Source: Eledone cirrhosa
Lineage: Eukaryota
Length of the DNA: 64,000 nucleotides
Direction of reading: 5' to 3'
Assembly: GCA_964016885.1 (NCBI GenBank)
Contig: OZ024740.1
Location: 105,214,001 to 105,278,000, forward strand
Shown: one piece after another, positions 1-12,364 of the stretch
Numbering within the stretch: the stretch's first letter is position 1
How the letters are laid out: every line of letters starts with the position of its first letter
Made by a program: the position numbers and the translations under genes
The notes under the pieces: generated by a model
Seen by the model: only the letters and a program-made list of their open reading frames with translations
Told to the model about the DNA's origin: nothing
Databases searched by the model: none

Positions 1-628
1 GGACATTGAAACAGTCCTGCACGCAATTGTACACTGCCCTGGCATAACCGACCTGTGGAACTATGCAGAACAACTGCTGTCGCGTATGGGACAAATCCAG
101 TTGACTGCCGAGTCAATAGTAAGGATCAAACCGCCAGCCTCTTTCAAAAACGAAAGAGAGGCGGTTTTCCTCTGTACGGTGGCTATGGTGAAAGAAGTTA
201 TATCATGGACGAGATTGAGAGGACTGAGGACAGATGCCTTTCTCTCCGGACAACAATTGATTCCCTTCTTTAAGTATCACTTTAGAAGGAGAATCATAGT
301 GGAGAGAGAGGCACTGCACCCCAGTAAATTTACTGAAAGGTGGGTGAATGAAGCGAAAATGGCCCGAGTGATTGGGCCTTCTCTGTTTATAAGCCTGTAG
401 GTTGAAGAGAGCAAAAGGAAGAAAGGAGCACTTGCACAACACGCTTCTGGAGTTGAGGGTTGTTCTATCGACGAGGTATTAAACAACCCATTTGTGGGGC
501 TTCTCCCCTATTGGGGATTTCGACTGTTGTAATTGTTTGTTTTTATATTTTTTACACGACTATGTAAAATCCCCGGCATTTCTTTGTATTGTCCCCTTTT
601 CTTTTGCGCACTTGTGGCAAAATAAATA

Positions 629-630
<2 letters not shown>
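1..630 (+). mobile_element. 3' end of an L1/Tx1-clade non-LTR retrotransposon (ORF2 C-terminus 2-400 plus 3' UTR)
   Basis: The frame from nt 2 reads DIETVLHAIVHCPGITDLW..., the ETxxHxxxxC half of the L1/Tx1 CCHC knuckle, and stops at 400. A T-rich 3' UTR with AATAAA (621-626) runs into (TA)n. The same 3' UTR type recurs at 14361-14485. Confidence 0.8.

Positions 631-634
<4 letters not shown>

Positions 635-696
<62 letters not shown>
635..696. repeat. (TA)n microsatellite
   Basis: Perfect TA run directly after the LINE 3' end. Confidence 0.97.
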
Positions 697-697
<1 letters not shown>

Positions 698-1154
698 CAG
701 TGAATAACACAAAGGTATATATGATTTTTTTAAACATACCATCATTCCTCCTGATATATATAATATATATAAAAAACAGTGTGCGCACAACGCATATTTA
801 AATGTCAATTCTGCAACAACGTCCAAATATAATTTTTTGTATGCAATAATATGGTTGAAACATTAAAAAAATTGTTAAAATCATTCAAGTTTTCAATTTT
901 GTCACTTTTCTTTTCATTTAAGAGGATATAGTATTTGAAGCATTAAAAGTGATTAAGTTTGAAACTAAGAAATATATGCGATGTAAAAAACATATTAAAT
1001 TTTCTTTCGTATAATTCAAATGTCATATTTCTGCAACAACTGCCAGATATTATATATGCTGTTTGAACAATGAAAATTCTTGGAGAATTTCATCCAAGCT
1101 TTCAGTTTTGAAATTTTCTCCACAAGAAAGTTGAAAATCTAATGTGAGAAACCA

Positions 1155-1360
1155 TTTGTTGTTGTTTAGCCCAAGTCAGTACCGATTTAGTAGATATATG
1201 ATCAAAGATGTTCCAGTCATGAACACCCCTATCTTTGTTATATTTGGGACTACCTTATCCAATGTATTTTTATTTTTCAAGATCATAGAGTATGATTTGA
1301 GAAAATTTGGCAGTTATTTATAACAGTTCAAATGACCACATTGAGGTTCCTCCATTGGCT
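1155..1360. mobile_element. Old interspersed repeat (SINE/LINE-tail-like) with a second copy at ~10817-11000
   Basis: Both loci begin ttgttgtttagc...gtca...gatt...atgat.aaag and stay similar for about 180 bp. Confidence 0.5.
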
Positions 1361-2099
1361 TGTGGAAAACTGATCTTTAAGTGAGTATATCTGAGATCAG
1401 TGTTGCACGTTTTAAAGGCAACTCTTCTATATTCTTATGCATAATGAGGATGAGTTAAAATAGCTTTCATCACAGAATAATGTTCTTTTTCACAAACACT
1501 CACATGAGTAAGAATAAACTGAGATACTCTGATCTCATTTGAACATATACACATACCTAAACACATACCAAAGCACTTAGACGTATTCATCTACATACTC
1601 AAATAAACAGCATCCTCCCTCAGACACACACACAAATAGAAATTGTAAAAGAGTCATGGCTAAAAGAAAGAAACTTGAGAGATCTGTCATTTTGAAGCAC
1701 TATCTCAATTTCTATCTTGTTTTTGTTGTCGTAGGTTTTACAGATTTTTTAATTTTTTATATCAGTATGGTGTGACATGAGAAAATTTGACAGTTATTTC
1801 TGTAATTCTTTATCTCTCTCTAAATAAAAAAACAAAAAAAAAACAAAAACACCCTGGTGCTCTGCCTGAAGAAATATATTTATTTACTGCCTCTCCAGAG
1901 GCTGAAAGCAGCATCTATGATGTATTTTGGAGGATTCCAAGATTGATGGCAGGAAGTTATCTTCAGACATGAGACTTGGCTCAACCACTTGCAATGAAAT
2001 GGTCTCCACTAAACACACAAAAGGTGCTGGTGTTGAATTGGGAGAACTACTAAGTCCAGAACCACTAAAACAGGAACAATACTTCTGGCAGGTATTTAC

Positions 2100-2218
2100 A
2101 TAGTTTCTGCCTGCCAAATTTCACTTAAAGCTTTGGTTGAACTTAGGCAATAAAAGTAACTTGTCCAGTGGGTTTGACCCTCAAAACGTCACAAAATAAG
2201 CTTAACCACACAACCATG
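2100..2218 (-). mobile_element. Degenerate tRNA-derived SINE head (octopus OR-like)
   Basis: The minus strand begins catggttgtgtggttaag and continues to ...ggacaagttact...gaaatttggcag. A similar head lies at 13623-13683 (+). Highly diverged. Confidence 0.45.
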
Positions 2219-2766
2219 TTGGCAACAATAAACATGCATAGAAAAAATAGTTGATCATGAGATCAGAACAAGGAAACTACATTTCTATTTGTCTTTCTAT
2301 TATTGATACTATTTGTTGTTCAGAACTCTTGGCAGAAGTGTAACTGCTTTTTCAGTGACAGGAGGTGATGTTTGAACACAGAACACACGTGGCATCCTGT
2401 CTGATATTTTAACAATTCTGCCAAACCACGACCTTTGGATCAATTCTTTGACTTCCATCCTTTCAAGATCAACAAGGAGTTGACCATGGTGTAATTTGAG
2501 CTCAGAATGCAGAGAACATGAACAAAAAAAATCTCACACACAAACCTCCTACAAAATACAATTGCTATGACAAGTGATGAACTAAATCAAACAGTGAATA
2601 AAACATCACAGAAAAGGGAATGTTTTTCTTTTTTCTCCCACCATTAATTAGAGTTGTAGTTGATTGGTTGATGGGTGGGTGAAGAATAAAAGTAGGTGAG
2701 AGTTTGGTTAATGCAATAGCTGTAGTTTTATTAAGCTTTGCTGGATTCCATAAGACTTCTGCTTAA

Positions 2767-3016
2767 CCCTTTCTTTACAATCTTTCTAATGAAAGACACA
2801 GCTTATAATTTTCAAATCATTTGGTAAATACTCAAGAATTTGGAGTGATTTAGTAATGTTGCTAACATACTTATTATTAAACTGGTGTTTGGAACATAAT
2901 TTAATGAAGGAACTTACATAAAATTATGATAGGGTTTTAGATAAATATAAGCACTTTAAAATATGCAGGTTAATATTGTAGAAGGGACAGTTTTAGGCAG
3001 CATAGTATCAAAAGGG
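2767..3016. mobile_element. piggyBac-type non-autonomous DNA transposon (MITE)
   Basis: TTAA|CCCTTT...AAAGGG|TTAA, i.e. TTAA target duplication at 2763-2766 and 3017-3020 with CCCT termini. A diverged inverted partial copy of the left end lies at ~3665-3755. Confidence 0.7.
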
Positions 3017-3286
3017 TTAAGCCAAGTTTCTCAAGTTAGACCATCAAAACAGCCGAGATTAGTTTCCCCTCTTCTAAACAATGAAGCTTATTGAGGTTAA
3101 CTTTACCCCATGTCTGTTACCATATATTTCAGGTAAAGGAACTGAGGCACACAAAACAAAAAAAAAATGTGTTGAGATCAGAGCAAGTACAGATGAACTT
3201 TCTCTCTTTTGAAATCAAACAACCTGAAAGTGCTTCTAGTTCTACAACACAAACTGTTTATTTTAAAGTGTCTATATTTATCTGAA

Positions 3287-3615
3287 GGCATATGTGTTAG
3301 TGGTTAGAGTGTTGGGGTTGCAATTGTGAGGTTGTGAGTTTGATTCCCAAACCAAGTGATGCATTATGTCCATGAGCAAAACACTTTTCATGTTGCCCCA
3401 GTTTACTCAGCTATAGAAATGAGTTGCGATGTCACTGGTGCCAAATTGCATTGGCCATTGTCTTTCCCTTGGACAACATCCGAGGCATGGAGAGGGGAGA
3501 TTGGTATGCATGGGTGACTTGTTTTTCCACCAACAACCTTTCCCAGACTTGTGCATCAGAGGAACGTTAGGTGTCAATTCCATGGTCATTTGTGACAAAA
3601 GGGGTTATCACCTTT
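3287..3615 (+). mobile_element. tRNA-derived CORE-like SINE (old copy)
   Basis: Head tagtggttagag...gagtttgattcc (A/B boxes), then gtccatgagcaaaacactt...ccagtttactcagct, as in the copy at 62744. The 3' part differs from that copy. Confidence 0.7.
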
Positions 3616-4607
3616 GTATCTATCTAAAAACCTTCCAGCATAACTTTGTGAGAAATTTATCTTACTTAAATCCTTTCAAATTTTTGATTATTTCCCAAAT
3701 TATTTGAAAACCATAGGCGGTGATTTTCATTAGAAATATGGTAACAAAATAGTTAATTAACAACATAAAACATGATAAATCACCAGCTATTTTACTCATT
3801 CCCATCATTAGGTATTGTCCCTTTTCAGTAGGTTGAATACCATGGATTGCCAGATTTTATCTGAATTTCATTAAATTAATGATTATTATTATAAAGTAAA
3901 TTATTCAGACTTATGTCAATGTCTTGTGTGTTACAATCATCACATTTTGGCCATTTCATTTTCTGACCTTCTTTAGGTACCTGTCGTAATAGGTAACAGT
4001 TAAACATTCTAAATAAATCAGTTCATAACAGCTGTGAGAAAAAAATGCCAACCTCCCTAGTACTGATGTAAGGATAAAATACACAATAGTGTGCAGGATC
4101 ATATATAAGTGAGTTGTAAGCTGCTGGAACATCTGAGCCCTCAGCAGAGTGTAGGATCATATATAAACAAGATTTAGGCTCTTGGCCCAACCATAAAGTC
4201 ACTACATCCACTTGAGTACCAGCTTGGTCTGCTAATGACCCATCCAACCCTTACTAGCAGGGAAAGTGTACATTAAATGATGAAGTTTGCAAACTTGGTT
4301 TTTCTAGAGCTGTTTTCATACATTCACTGTCTGTCCAATTGTTGACTTATATTCACATAGTTCTTGGTATTCCCATTAGTCCTGTTCATATTACCTCCCC
4401 CTTCCACATGCCACCAACCCCATAAGTCTACTCTTATCATGGTGTCTATCTCTTACAATCTGTAAAGTGGTTGACATTAGAAAAGGCATTATGTTAGAGA
4501 AACTATTTTAAAAATGGAAAGTATGATAGAGAGAGTTGTCCAATCATTAACTATGAAAAATGTCCAGCCTATGCAAGCATAGAAGGTGAATATAAAATTG
4601 TTATCAC

Positions 4608-5012
4608 ACCATCATCATTATTGTTTAACATCCATTTTCCACACTGGCATGGTTAGGACAGGCTGTCCCTTTGTGAAAGATCAGGTTGGAGGACCGTGTT
4701 TTGCTCACATAGAACTGATTTTGGCTAAGTTTCTATGGCTGGATGCACTTCCTAACACCAACTACATTTACAGTGTGTGCTGGGTGCTTTTTGTCATGAC
4801 ATCTATTCAACCACTTTACACTGAGGGCTGGGTGCTTTTTGATGATTATACATACATACACACACACACTCAAATTGTTAGCCAATTGTTAGATTGGACC
4901 TGGTCTTTCCATGGTTGAGAGAGCAATGTGAAAAAGTATGCTGCCCAGTTCAAGAATCAAACCCATGACCTTATGATTGCTGGTCCAACACCCTAACTAA
5001 TAGGCCACATGC
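4608..5012 (-). mobile_element. Decayed CORE-like SINE (tail 4608-4840, head ~4920-5012)
   Basis: Contains the reverse complement of ggttggtgttaggaag.gcatccagc, a (CAT)n tail, and a head reading atgtggcctattagttaggg on the minus strand. Confidence 0.6.
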
Positions 5013-5517
5013 TACTATACATATAAGTGTTAGTTAAATGCAAGATATTTTTAAAGGAATTACTAATTAAGAAATATTTAAATGAGAGGAAGGTATTGAA
5101 TATAGTTTTATTTTTATTTTGAAATACTGCTAATTGAAATTTTGTTTAAAATTCAATTAATTTTTTTTTTCCTCTCACACACACACACGCACGCGTGTGT
5201 ATAAGGGAATATACAATAGCAAAGAAAACAAAATTATATTTTGATTATTTCCAATAATGCATTAATAATAACAGAACTCAAACCTCACTACTAATTATGT
5301 CTCCAATAAAATACAAACAGCATAGTTTATATTCCTATAGCTGACTGAACTATCTCTACTACAACCTCCACGATCGCTACTGCCACCACCAATTGTCATT
5401 TTGGAAAATATTTATAAACACAATTATCAACATCTAATGATAATGTCTTTACAGAATCACCACCACGACTACCACCTGCATCATTACCATCATCAACACC
5501 ATTATTATTATTATTAA

Positions 5518-5735
5518 GGGCGGTGGATTGGCAATATCGGTAGAGCGTCAGACACCATACTCTGCAGCATAAAGTTATGGCCCTTTACAGTCCGAGTTCA
5601 AATCCCGCCAAAGTTAACTTTGCCTTTCATCCTTATGGGGTCAATAAAATAAAGCACCAGTAATACACTGGGGTCGATTTAATCGACTTTCCCCTCCCCC
5701 CAAATTGGTGGCCTTGTGCCTATAGTAAAAATTAT
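5518..5735 (+). mobile_element. tRNA-derived SINE family B (head gcggtggattggcagtatcggtagag, body ctttgcctttcatcct...gggtcgataaaataaagtaccag)
   Basis: A-box tggcaatatcgg, B-box gagttcaaatcc, ATT-rich tail. At least five copies in the window. Confidence 0.85.
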
Positions 5736-5824
5736 CATTATCATCGTTATTTTTATTATTCTTATTACTGTACTGCACATAAAGCCATCCTTGGTTGGTT
5801 CCTGCTGTATGCCAATTTTTATGT

Positions 5825-6095
5825 TAGTGCCACAAAAAAAACAACCAGTACACTCTGTACAGTGACAGCGTTGGGACCACAAAAAATAAAAACCACACCT
5901 AGGATGCTCTGTAAAGTGGTTGTGGTGCTAGTAGTGGTGCCATGAAAAAAAATGTACCTAATACACACAGTTAAGGTGGTTGGCATTAGGAGGGGCATAG
6001 AAACCATGCCAAACATGGGATGTATGAGCAAGATGGATGACTGACACATCTGGTTAAAAACCGTAATAACCTGTCCAGCCCATGCAACATTGAAT
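5825..6095 (+). mobile_element. Decayed RTE/SINE 3'-tail repeat
   Basis: ggttggcattaggaggggcat...tccagcccatgcaacat resembles the shared RTE-LINE/SINE tail at 47865-48130. Confidence 0.55.
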
Positions 6096-6175
6096 GGGGA
6101 TATAAAGATAAGGTTCCTAACCTCTTGTTCAACTGATAACCATTTCTAGAGAAAATGATGCTGTGAGTGATCTCA

Positions 6176-6374
6176 CGAGAGACAGAGAGAGAGAGAGAGA
6201 AAGAGGCAGCGACAGAGAGAGAAAGAGGCAGCGACAGAGAGAGAAAGAGAGAGCGACAGAGAGAGAAAGAGAGAGACAGCGACAGAGAGAGAGAGAGACA
6301 GCGACAGAGAGAGAGAGAGACATCGACAGAGAGAGAGAGAGACATCGACAGAGAGAGAGAGACAGCAAGAGAAC

Positions 6375-6436
<62 letters not shown>

Positions 6437-6440
6437 ACAG
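6176..6440. repeat. GA-rich low-complexity repeat with interspersed GCGAC/TCGAC units
   Basis: Seen directly. Confidence 0.95.
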
Positions 6441-6714
6441 GCAGACACAGGTAAAGAAATGAGGTAGCAAAAGTGAAAGAGAGACAGTTGTGAGTGGTCC
6501 CCCAGGGCCTTTGGTATGACTTGGAAAGAGAGTCAATGAGAGAAAGGGAGAGATAGATAGAGAGAGATCAATACATTTTATGAGTCAGTGACATAAGGTG
6601 TTGAGCCCTACTGTTACATATGTAAATGAGAACAGTTTTGAGCCTGATCACAGGCAAAACATGTGAAATAGAATAAATCCATGTTACACTGATATCTCTT
6701 TTCATCTCCCTCTC

Positions 6715-8177
6715 TCTATATACATATATATAAAACTGAAATTGTCTGTGTGTGTGTGTCCTAATTTTTGCAAAGTCTATACAAATCCACATTTCGACTC
6801 CGATTGACTTGCATTTATATATTCCTTGCGATCTAAAGATATTAACTGCAGCTTTTATTTTTCAATTTTCTGTTGTTAAAGGGGTGTTAGGCGCCGGTTA
6901 TCGATCTCTCTCTCTAAATAGATACATAGCTATAACGTTGCGCCCTTATAATATCTGTCTGTATGTCTGCATTACGACATTATGACAAATATTGTTCTCA
7001 TTGCTGATGTATTATCTTCGCTATTTTCCGTTCATTGCCAGGGAATGTCTTCACAAACCAAAGTATCGTCTTCCTGTTTTCCTTTGGTTGCAACGTTTTT
7101 CGAAATATTATTTTCTGCATTCACAGAATGATTTTTTTAGTTTCAGAAGATCCTGTTAAGGGTGAAAGCAGCGATTCTTTGCTTAAACTTTAATCTGTTA
7201 TTTCAATATATATATATATCTAGTCCCACCCTTGCAAGCAGGGAAAAGCACACGTAAAATGATGATGATGATTATTATATATTATTGTACAGATAATTTT
7301 GCATACACAAAAACAAAATATAAACAAACTTATTTATTTCACAAAAGCACAGATGGCTTGTCATTGTTACTGCAGATATGCCACCCAAAAAAATCTCACT
7401 ACTTTTGGCACAAGGCCAGCAATTACATAATCAATGGTTCGGAAATCACATGCATCATTGACGAGTTTACTCCTTACTCTACCAATTAGTCTTAGTGTAC
7501 TTCGTCCTGCTTTTAGGTCATGCCTCAAAGGAAGAGGTACTCCATTGGCTGAAATACTGCGAAAGTGGCAAGAAAAAGAACAAGGCGGGCAAACGAATCG
7601 TCAGTGGAATCTGCTATTCGACGGTCGCAAGATGCTGAATGTACTACCACCAGAAGTGCACTTGAAACAGACAACCAACGAACCATTCGCAGAACCATGT
7701 CAGCTTTGCAATGTCTCAACAAATCCCAGAGTTAGACCCTAGCTGTTGCTGGTCTTGTTTTGGAAGAGTCATGTTTTTCACACGGGCAACTCTACGTTGG
7801 CTGCTCAAGAGTGGAAGCAAGACAAATCTCTTTGCATATGCCCGACATGGAAGAGCAAGGAACATTGTGTACAAGGCAGTGCTACAATCATTGTTTAGGT
7901 AGACGAGGCAGAAGGGGATATACACGATTGGCTGAAGAAGGACGAGACTGTGTTAGTAGTACGACCAACAGCTGCTATCACACCAACAGCAGAAAAGAGA
8001 GGGAACGCAATTACATGCTTTTGAAAAATCTTAATGGAAAATTATTTGCCTAAGCACAAAATGTAGACACCATCTCCAGGCCAAGGTATTCCGTACTTCT
8101 CTGTACTATTTCAGAAAGGAGGGATAAACATCCAATCTATGTTTAGAAGCCTGAGCAACGCTGGGCCATTCTGCTAG
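6715..8177 (+). mobile_element. Internally deleted non-autonomous Helitron carrying nested insertions
   Basis: 5' TCTATATA...TAAAACTGAAATTGTCTGTGTG. RepHel N-terminal-like remnant from ATG 7520 (MPQRKRYSIG*..RKRTRRANESSVESAIRRSQDAE). Pif1 helicase C-terminal remnant 7703-7897 (FAMS.NKSQ..VAGLVLEESCFSHGQLYVGCSRV/GSKTNL..RNIVYKAVL, frameshifted). 3' hairpin gcctgagcaacgctgggc (8149-8166), then CTAG (8174-8177) followed by T. Confidence 0.85.
6990..7208 (-). mobile_element. Fragment of the inverted-repeat element at 55848-56238 (possible Penelope pLTR), nested in the Helitron
   Basis: The reverse complement aligns by eye with 55850-56070, and the fragment ends in (TA)n. Confidence 0.7.
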
Positions 8178-8411
8178 TATATAAGACCATTATTGCTCCA
8201 ACCAGTCTATTCACCATCGATAACTAACAAATATAATATACATCCACACATACATACACCCATCTAACATGCTAGCATGGAAAATAGACATTAAGTGATA
8301 ATACACACACACACATATGTGCAAACAAGCAAGTAGGGCCATCAAAGACAAATCCAAATGTAGACACACCGAGAACAAATGCAAGCAATCATCAAATGCC
8401 CTATACGTATG

Positions 8412-8442
<31 letters not shown>

Positions 8443-8494
8443 GTATAATATCAATAATATTAATAAATGGAAAATATCTTTATAAAACCATATT

Positions 8495-8555
8495 TATTTT
8501 ATTATACGTATTTCAAGGGTACTAATATTTAAGTACGCTTTCGTCAGATAAAATA
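8495..8555 (-). ncRNA. Type I hammerhead ribozyme
   Basis: Minus strand: UAUUUUAU-CUGACGA-AAGCGUACU(uaaauauu)AGUACCCUU-GAAA-UACGUA-UA|AUAAAAUA. Stem I has 8 bp, stem II 8 of 9 bp, stem III is palindromic, and the cleavage triplet is AUA. Confidence 0.8.
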
Positions 8556-9022
8556 TAATAATTGGTGTTAAGATAGTGACATATCCTCATGTGAACTTAA
8601 TGGTATAAGTCCAGTGAGGATAATGAATAGAAATGTTCACCACTCAAGGGAAATATGCTAATGAGGATAACGTTAAAACTGAAAAGAGCCGTTAAATTTC
8701 GACATTAGATAAATTTTAAATACTTATTAAAATTTTTTTTAAGGGTTTGCTATTAAATTTGAAAAATTTATTGTAGAGTTATTTTAGAATTAGTTATAGA
8801 AATATACATATATACACCCAAAGATATATACATGGGTTTAGAAAGAATGATACAATTATACTTATTTTAATTTTTTTTAATATATATTTTAAGAATATGG
8901 AAGTATTTATAATATTTAGATGAGAATTATAAACTATTAATTCATTAAAGCAATAACAACAATATAATATGTGAATGAAATATATACTGTATTTACATAT
9001 GAGTGGATATATTTTTTTTTGC

Positions 9023-9452
9023 TGGACCGAGATCTTTGGCGCTACGCAGTAATACAGAAGACCCGCCTTACCTATGTACAAAGCGAAACCTACAGTCAGT
9101 AGGCACCTCTTAACCAAATATACACCGCAATCCACTACCTCTACCCTCCCACTCCCACCAACACCACCCTCTCTCTGTAAAGTTGGTACCACAACAGCCA
9201 GTCCAAATAAATGAGATAATGAGATCGAGATCGTGTAGGTGTTACAACAAAAAACACAGTCCCCGCTGTAATGTGGCCGTGTAGGTAACACGGTAAAAAG
9301 TTCCCAGTTCCACACTGTAAATGTGGTTGGTGTTAGGAAGGGCATCCAGCCGTAGACAACCTGCCAGATAGTCCTATATGAGCAAGACACGGTCACCCAA
9401 CCAACCTTGCCTCAAGTAGGAGATGGACGTTAAACGAAGATGATGATGATGA
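9023..9452 (+). mobile_element. 5'-truncated 3' end of the RTE LINE family at 47865-50781
   Basis: Encodes DRDLWRYAVIQKTR (compare [14 protein letters not shown]), carries ggttggtgttaggaagggcatccagc, and ends in (GAT)n. Confidence 0.85.
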
Positions 9453-10342
9453 TATAATGTATTGTAGTATAAGACATTATTATATATCGTTATTTAAAAA
9501 ATAAATAATTATTTAGTATATAAATGATTATGTGTGAATATAGATCTTATTTAAGTATATTTATAGACAGAATTATGAGCGTAAGATAGATCAAGCAATA
9601 ATATATATGCATTTTATACATATACTTTAAGAATGTGAAAGTAATTATATATTTTAAGTAAAAATGTATAGTATTGTGTATAATCTATTATTGCATATGG
9701 TTAGTAATATAATATCTAAACATTTATGCAAGTTGAAATGTATCGTATATGTGAATTGTAAGCAAAGAAAATTATTTTAGAGAATAACTCTAATATTTAG
9801 TAATTTAAGGAATGTTTACGATAGATATTTAATAATATATTGTTTCATCTAATGTTTAACTTAATAATTAATTATAATTTATATTATAATATAAGTAAAA
9901 AATTCATATAAGATTTCAGAGCACCATATAGTAAATATGGTTTTGATAAGTTTTTTACATTATATAAATATTTCTATGTATAAATTTAAGAACATTTAAA
10001 AACAATTACAAATATATTGTACATAGGCAACTTATATAGACCATAGTGTCATAGTTTCTATAAATTATATTTCCTTTTTTTTGTTAATAATATTACCAGG
10101 ATTGGTAATTATATGAAAAATTTCTTCAATACAGAGATGACAAATTCTTGAGAGAGCTATATTTTGGTAAACTGGCACATTCAATATTTTACTCCAAGAG
10201 ATTGAATAGTCAGTATTATTGTCTTTTAAAGACCAAATTAATAGTGATAGTGAGGTTGAGAATGTTTTAAGTTCACATGAGGTTATGTCACAGATGTTAT
10301 TTTAAATACAAAACTAATATACAAAAACATTGTGATACTTAC

Positions 10343-10378
10343 CAGATTTTCGTCGTAGGAAACTCATTTTCCTTGCTT
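10343..10378 (-). CDS. Candidate 36-nt host-gene micro-exon (phase 1-1 reading xARKMSFLRRKS)
   Basis: Minus strand: ttttttttttattattttcag|AAGCAAGGAAAATGAGTTTCCTACGACGAAAATCTG|gtaagt. Strong polypyrimidine acceptor, consensus donor, length divisible by 3, open frame. The gene cannot be identified. Confidence 0.55.
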
Positions 10379-11589
10379 CTGAAAATAATAAAAAAAAAAA
10401 ATCAAGGAAAAACTTAAAGTATTTTGAATTTATTTTTTCAGAAAATGTGAAAAAAATGAAAATTTATTTTTTTTCAATCAGGAAATATAGCATTTAAATT
10501 GCTAGATACATCCTACATCGTATGATGGATATGAAGAAAACAAATATGGTTTCAGACAAATCAATAGAGCCATTTTACAAGTACATAATTTAAAACCTAA
10601 CTACTACTGCTATTGAATATTTCACCCGAGGGAGAAGAATGAAGATAAAGAAAAAATTCAATAAAAGAATAAAAAGAGAAAAAATAATGGAATAATTTTG
10701 CATTTTAAATTACATTTATTATAGAAAATTACTTTCACCTGCAGCAATGATACTTTTAAAAAATATAATGCATGTAATAAATTTATTTATTACATGAATT
10801 TATATTACAGGAGACCATTGTTGTTGTTTAGCTCCAGGTCAACCCTGATTAAGCAAACCAATGATTAAAGGCATCCTAGCTGGGATAATCTTGTTCTTTT
10901 GGGGATGTGTGTTTTAGACTGCATTATGTAATTTGTCCTTCCTTGTTTAAGACAGTAGGGCATAGTTTGAGAGAGTTTTAGCTACTGTATCTGGCAGATA
11001 AATAGGTAAGTAGTGCAAAGGAAAAAGAAGCCAACCTATATATGTTTTTTCATCATCGTTGTTTTTACGTCAACTTTTCCATGCTGGTATGGGTTGGACA
11101 AGATTTTTGAAGAAGTGTTTACCAATCTGGAGAATTATTTGTAAGGTACTTATACCACTGATCATCATCCATTAAACCACTAACCTGCAGGACATTTTCT
11201 TGTTTGATAAAAACAAATGGAACCATTTGCTTAAAATGTGTCAACACGAAGGCATCAAAGACAGACACACACACAGACATACAAAGACAAACACACCCTC
11301 ATCATATTTACATCTGATTTTTAAGCTTTATTTGCATCGGTCCCCTCCAGGTGAGTGTTTTGTTACTTCTTTTGTTCCTTTATTCTTTCCTTTGTGAGAT
11401 TCAGCAATTTGAGATTAGATTTCACCATTTCTGTCCACATCTTCCTTGGTTTTCCTCTTCCATGATTTCTTTCAATTTGAAATTCCTAGCATTTCTTTAT
11501 CCAACTGTCATCTATACAGATTACATGTCTACCACTGCAGTATTTATTTTCCTATTTCTTCCCCCAATATAATTTTCTGTCTGTTAGTT

Positions 11590-11780
11590 ATAATAATTGT
11601 TTCTACTTTTGGCACAAGGCCAGCAATTACCCAGTGTATTACTGGTACTTTATTTTATCGACCCTGTAAGGATGAAAGGCAAAGTTAACCTCGGCAGGAT
11701 TTGAACTCGGACCATAAAGGGCCGTAACTCTTTGCTGCAAAGCATGGCATCCAACCCTCTACCGATACTGCCAATCCACC
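11590..11780 (-). mobile_element. SINE family B, near full length
   Basis: Reverse complement of the family at 5518 and 56312 (ggtggattggcagtatcggtagag...gagttcaaatcc). Confidence 0.85.
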
Positions 11781-12364
11781 AATAATGACATTTAAAATGT
11801 GGAAATCATCTAAAACTCACAATTGCTCTAACTTGAATATAAGCAAATCTATATCAATCTAATGCTGTCTACGTACACAAGCATATTCAGCCCCACTCTC
11901 CTGACCAAAACCACGCAAGAAAAAGTAAAAATTTAACATGTCTTTCAAGACCATACCCTAACCCTTTCAGGAAAACAACCAACCAACCTGCATCAATTAC
12001 TGGTATGTGTGTAATGAGGAAATATTACTCTACATGTTTTGTTATTTAGTTTGGTATTTCCCATTATATATTTAAATGTTTTTAAGAATTAAGTTTGATA
12101 TTTAGTCCCTTTAGTGGAACAGTGTGACAAATGAAGCACCAGTATCAGTCAAATCAATTGATTTATGTTTCCTTTTTCAAAATGTCGACCTAGGATCAAT
12201 GGCATTACATTTTCAAAACGTGAACCTAGGATCAATGGCATTACATCATTACAACAGTAATACTTGGTTGTTTTATAAAAATGATTGAATGTGTGATTTG
12301 AAGATGGCATGACTCTACATACAGATACACAAACATTATTTTAAGACATGTTTATTCATTTATG

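Larger units (their letters stand above)
8445..10291 (-). mobile_element. Penelope-like element remnant (GIY-YIG C-terminus, AT-rich 3' region, pLTR with hammerhead), split by an RTE tail insertion
   Basis: 10238->10065 translates IWSLKDNNTDYSISWSKILNVPVYQNIALSRICHLCIEEIFHIITNPGNIINKKKEI*, resembling the PLE endonuclease C-terminus (IWxLKD..Y.I.W..I....C.LC..E...I.....LNK..E). Hammerhead at 8495-8555. A 25-bp inverted pLTR piece (10267-10291 vs 8576-8600, 24/25 identical) sits at the 5' truncation point. Confidence 0.8.

Noticed and set aside
798-1125. Two diverged ~110-bp similar segments about 220 bp apart
   Set aside because: Weak AT-rich similarity only; cannot be assigned to an element.
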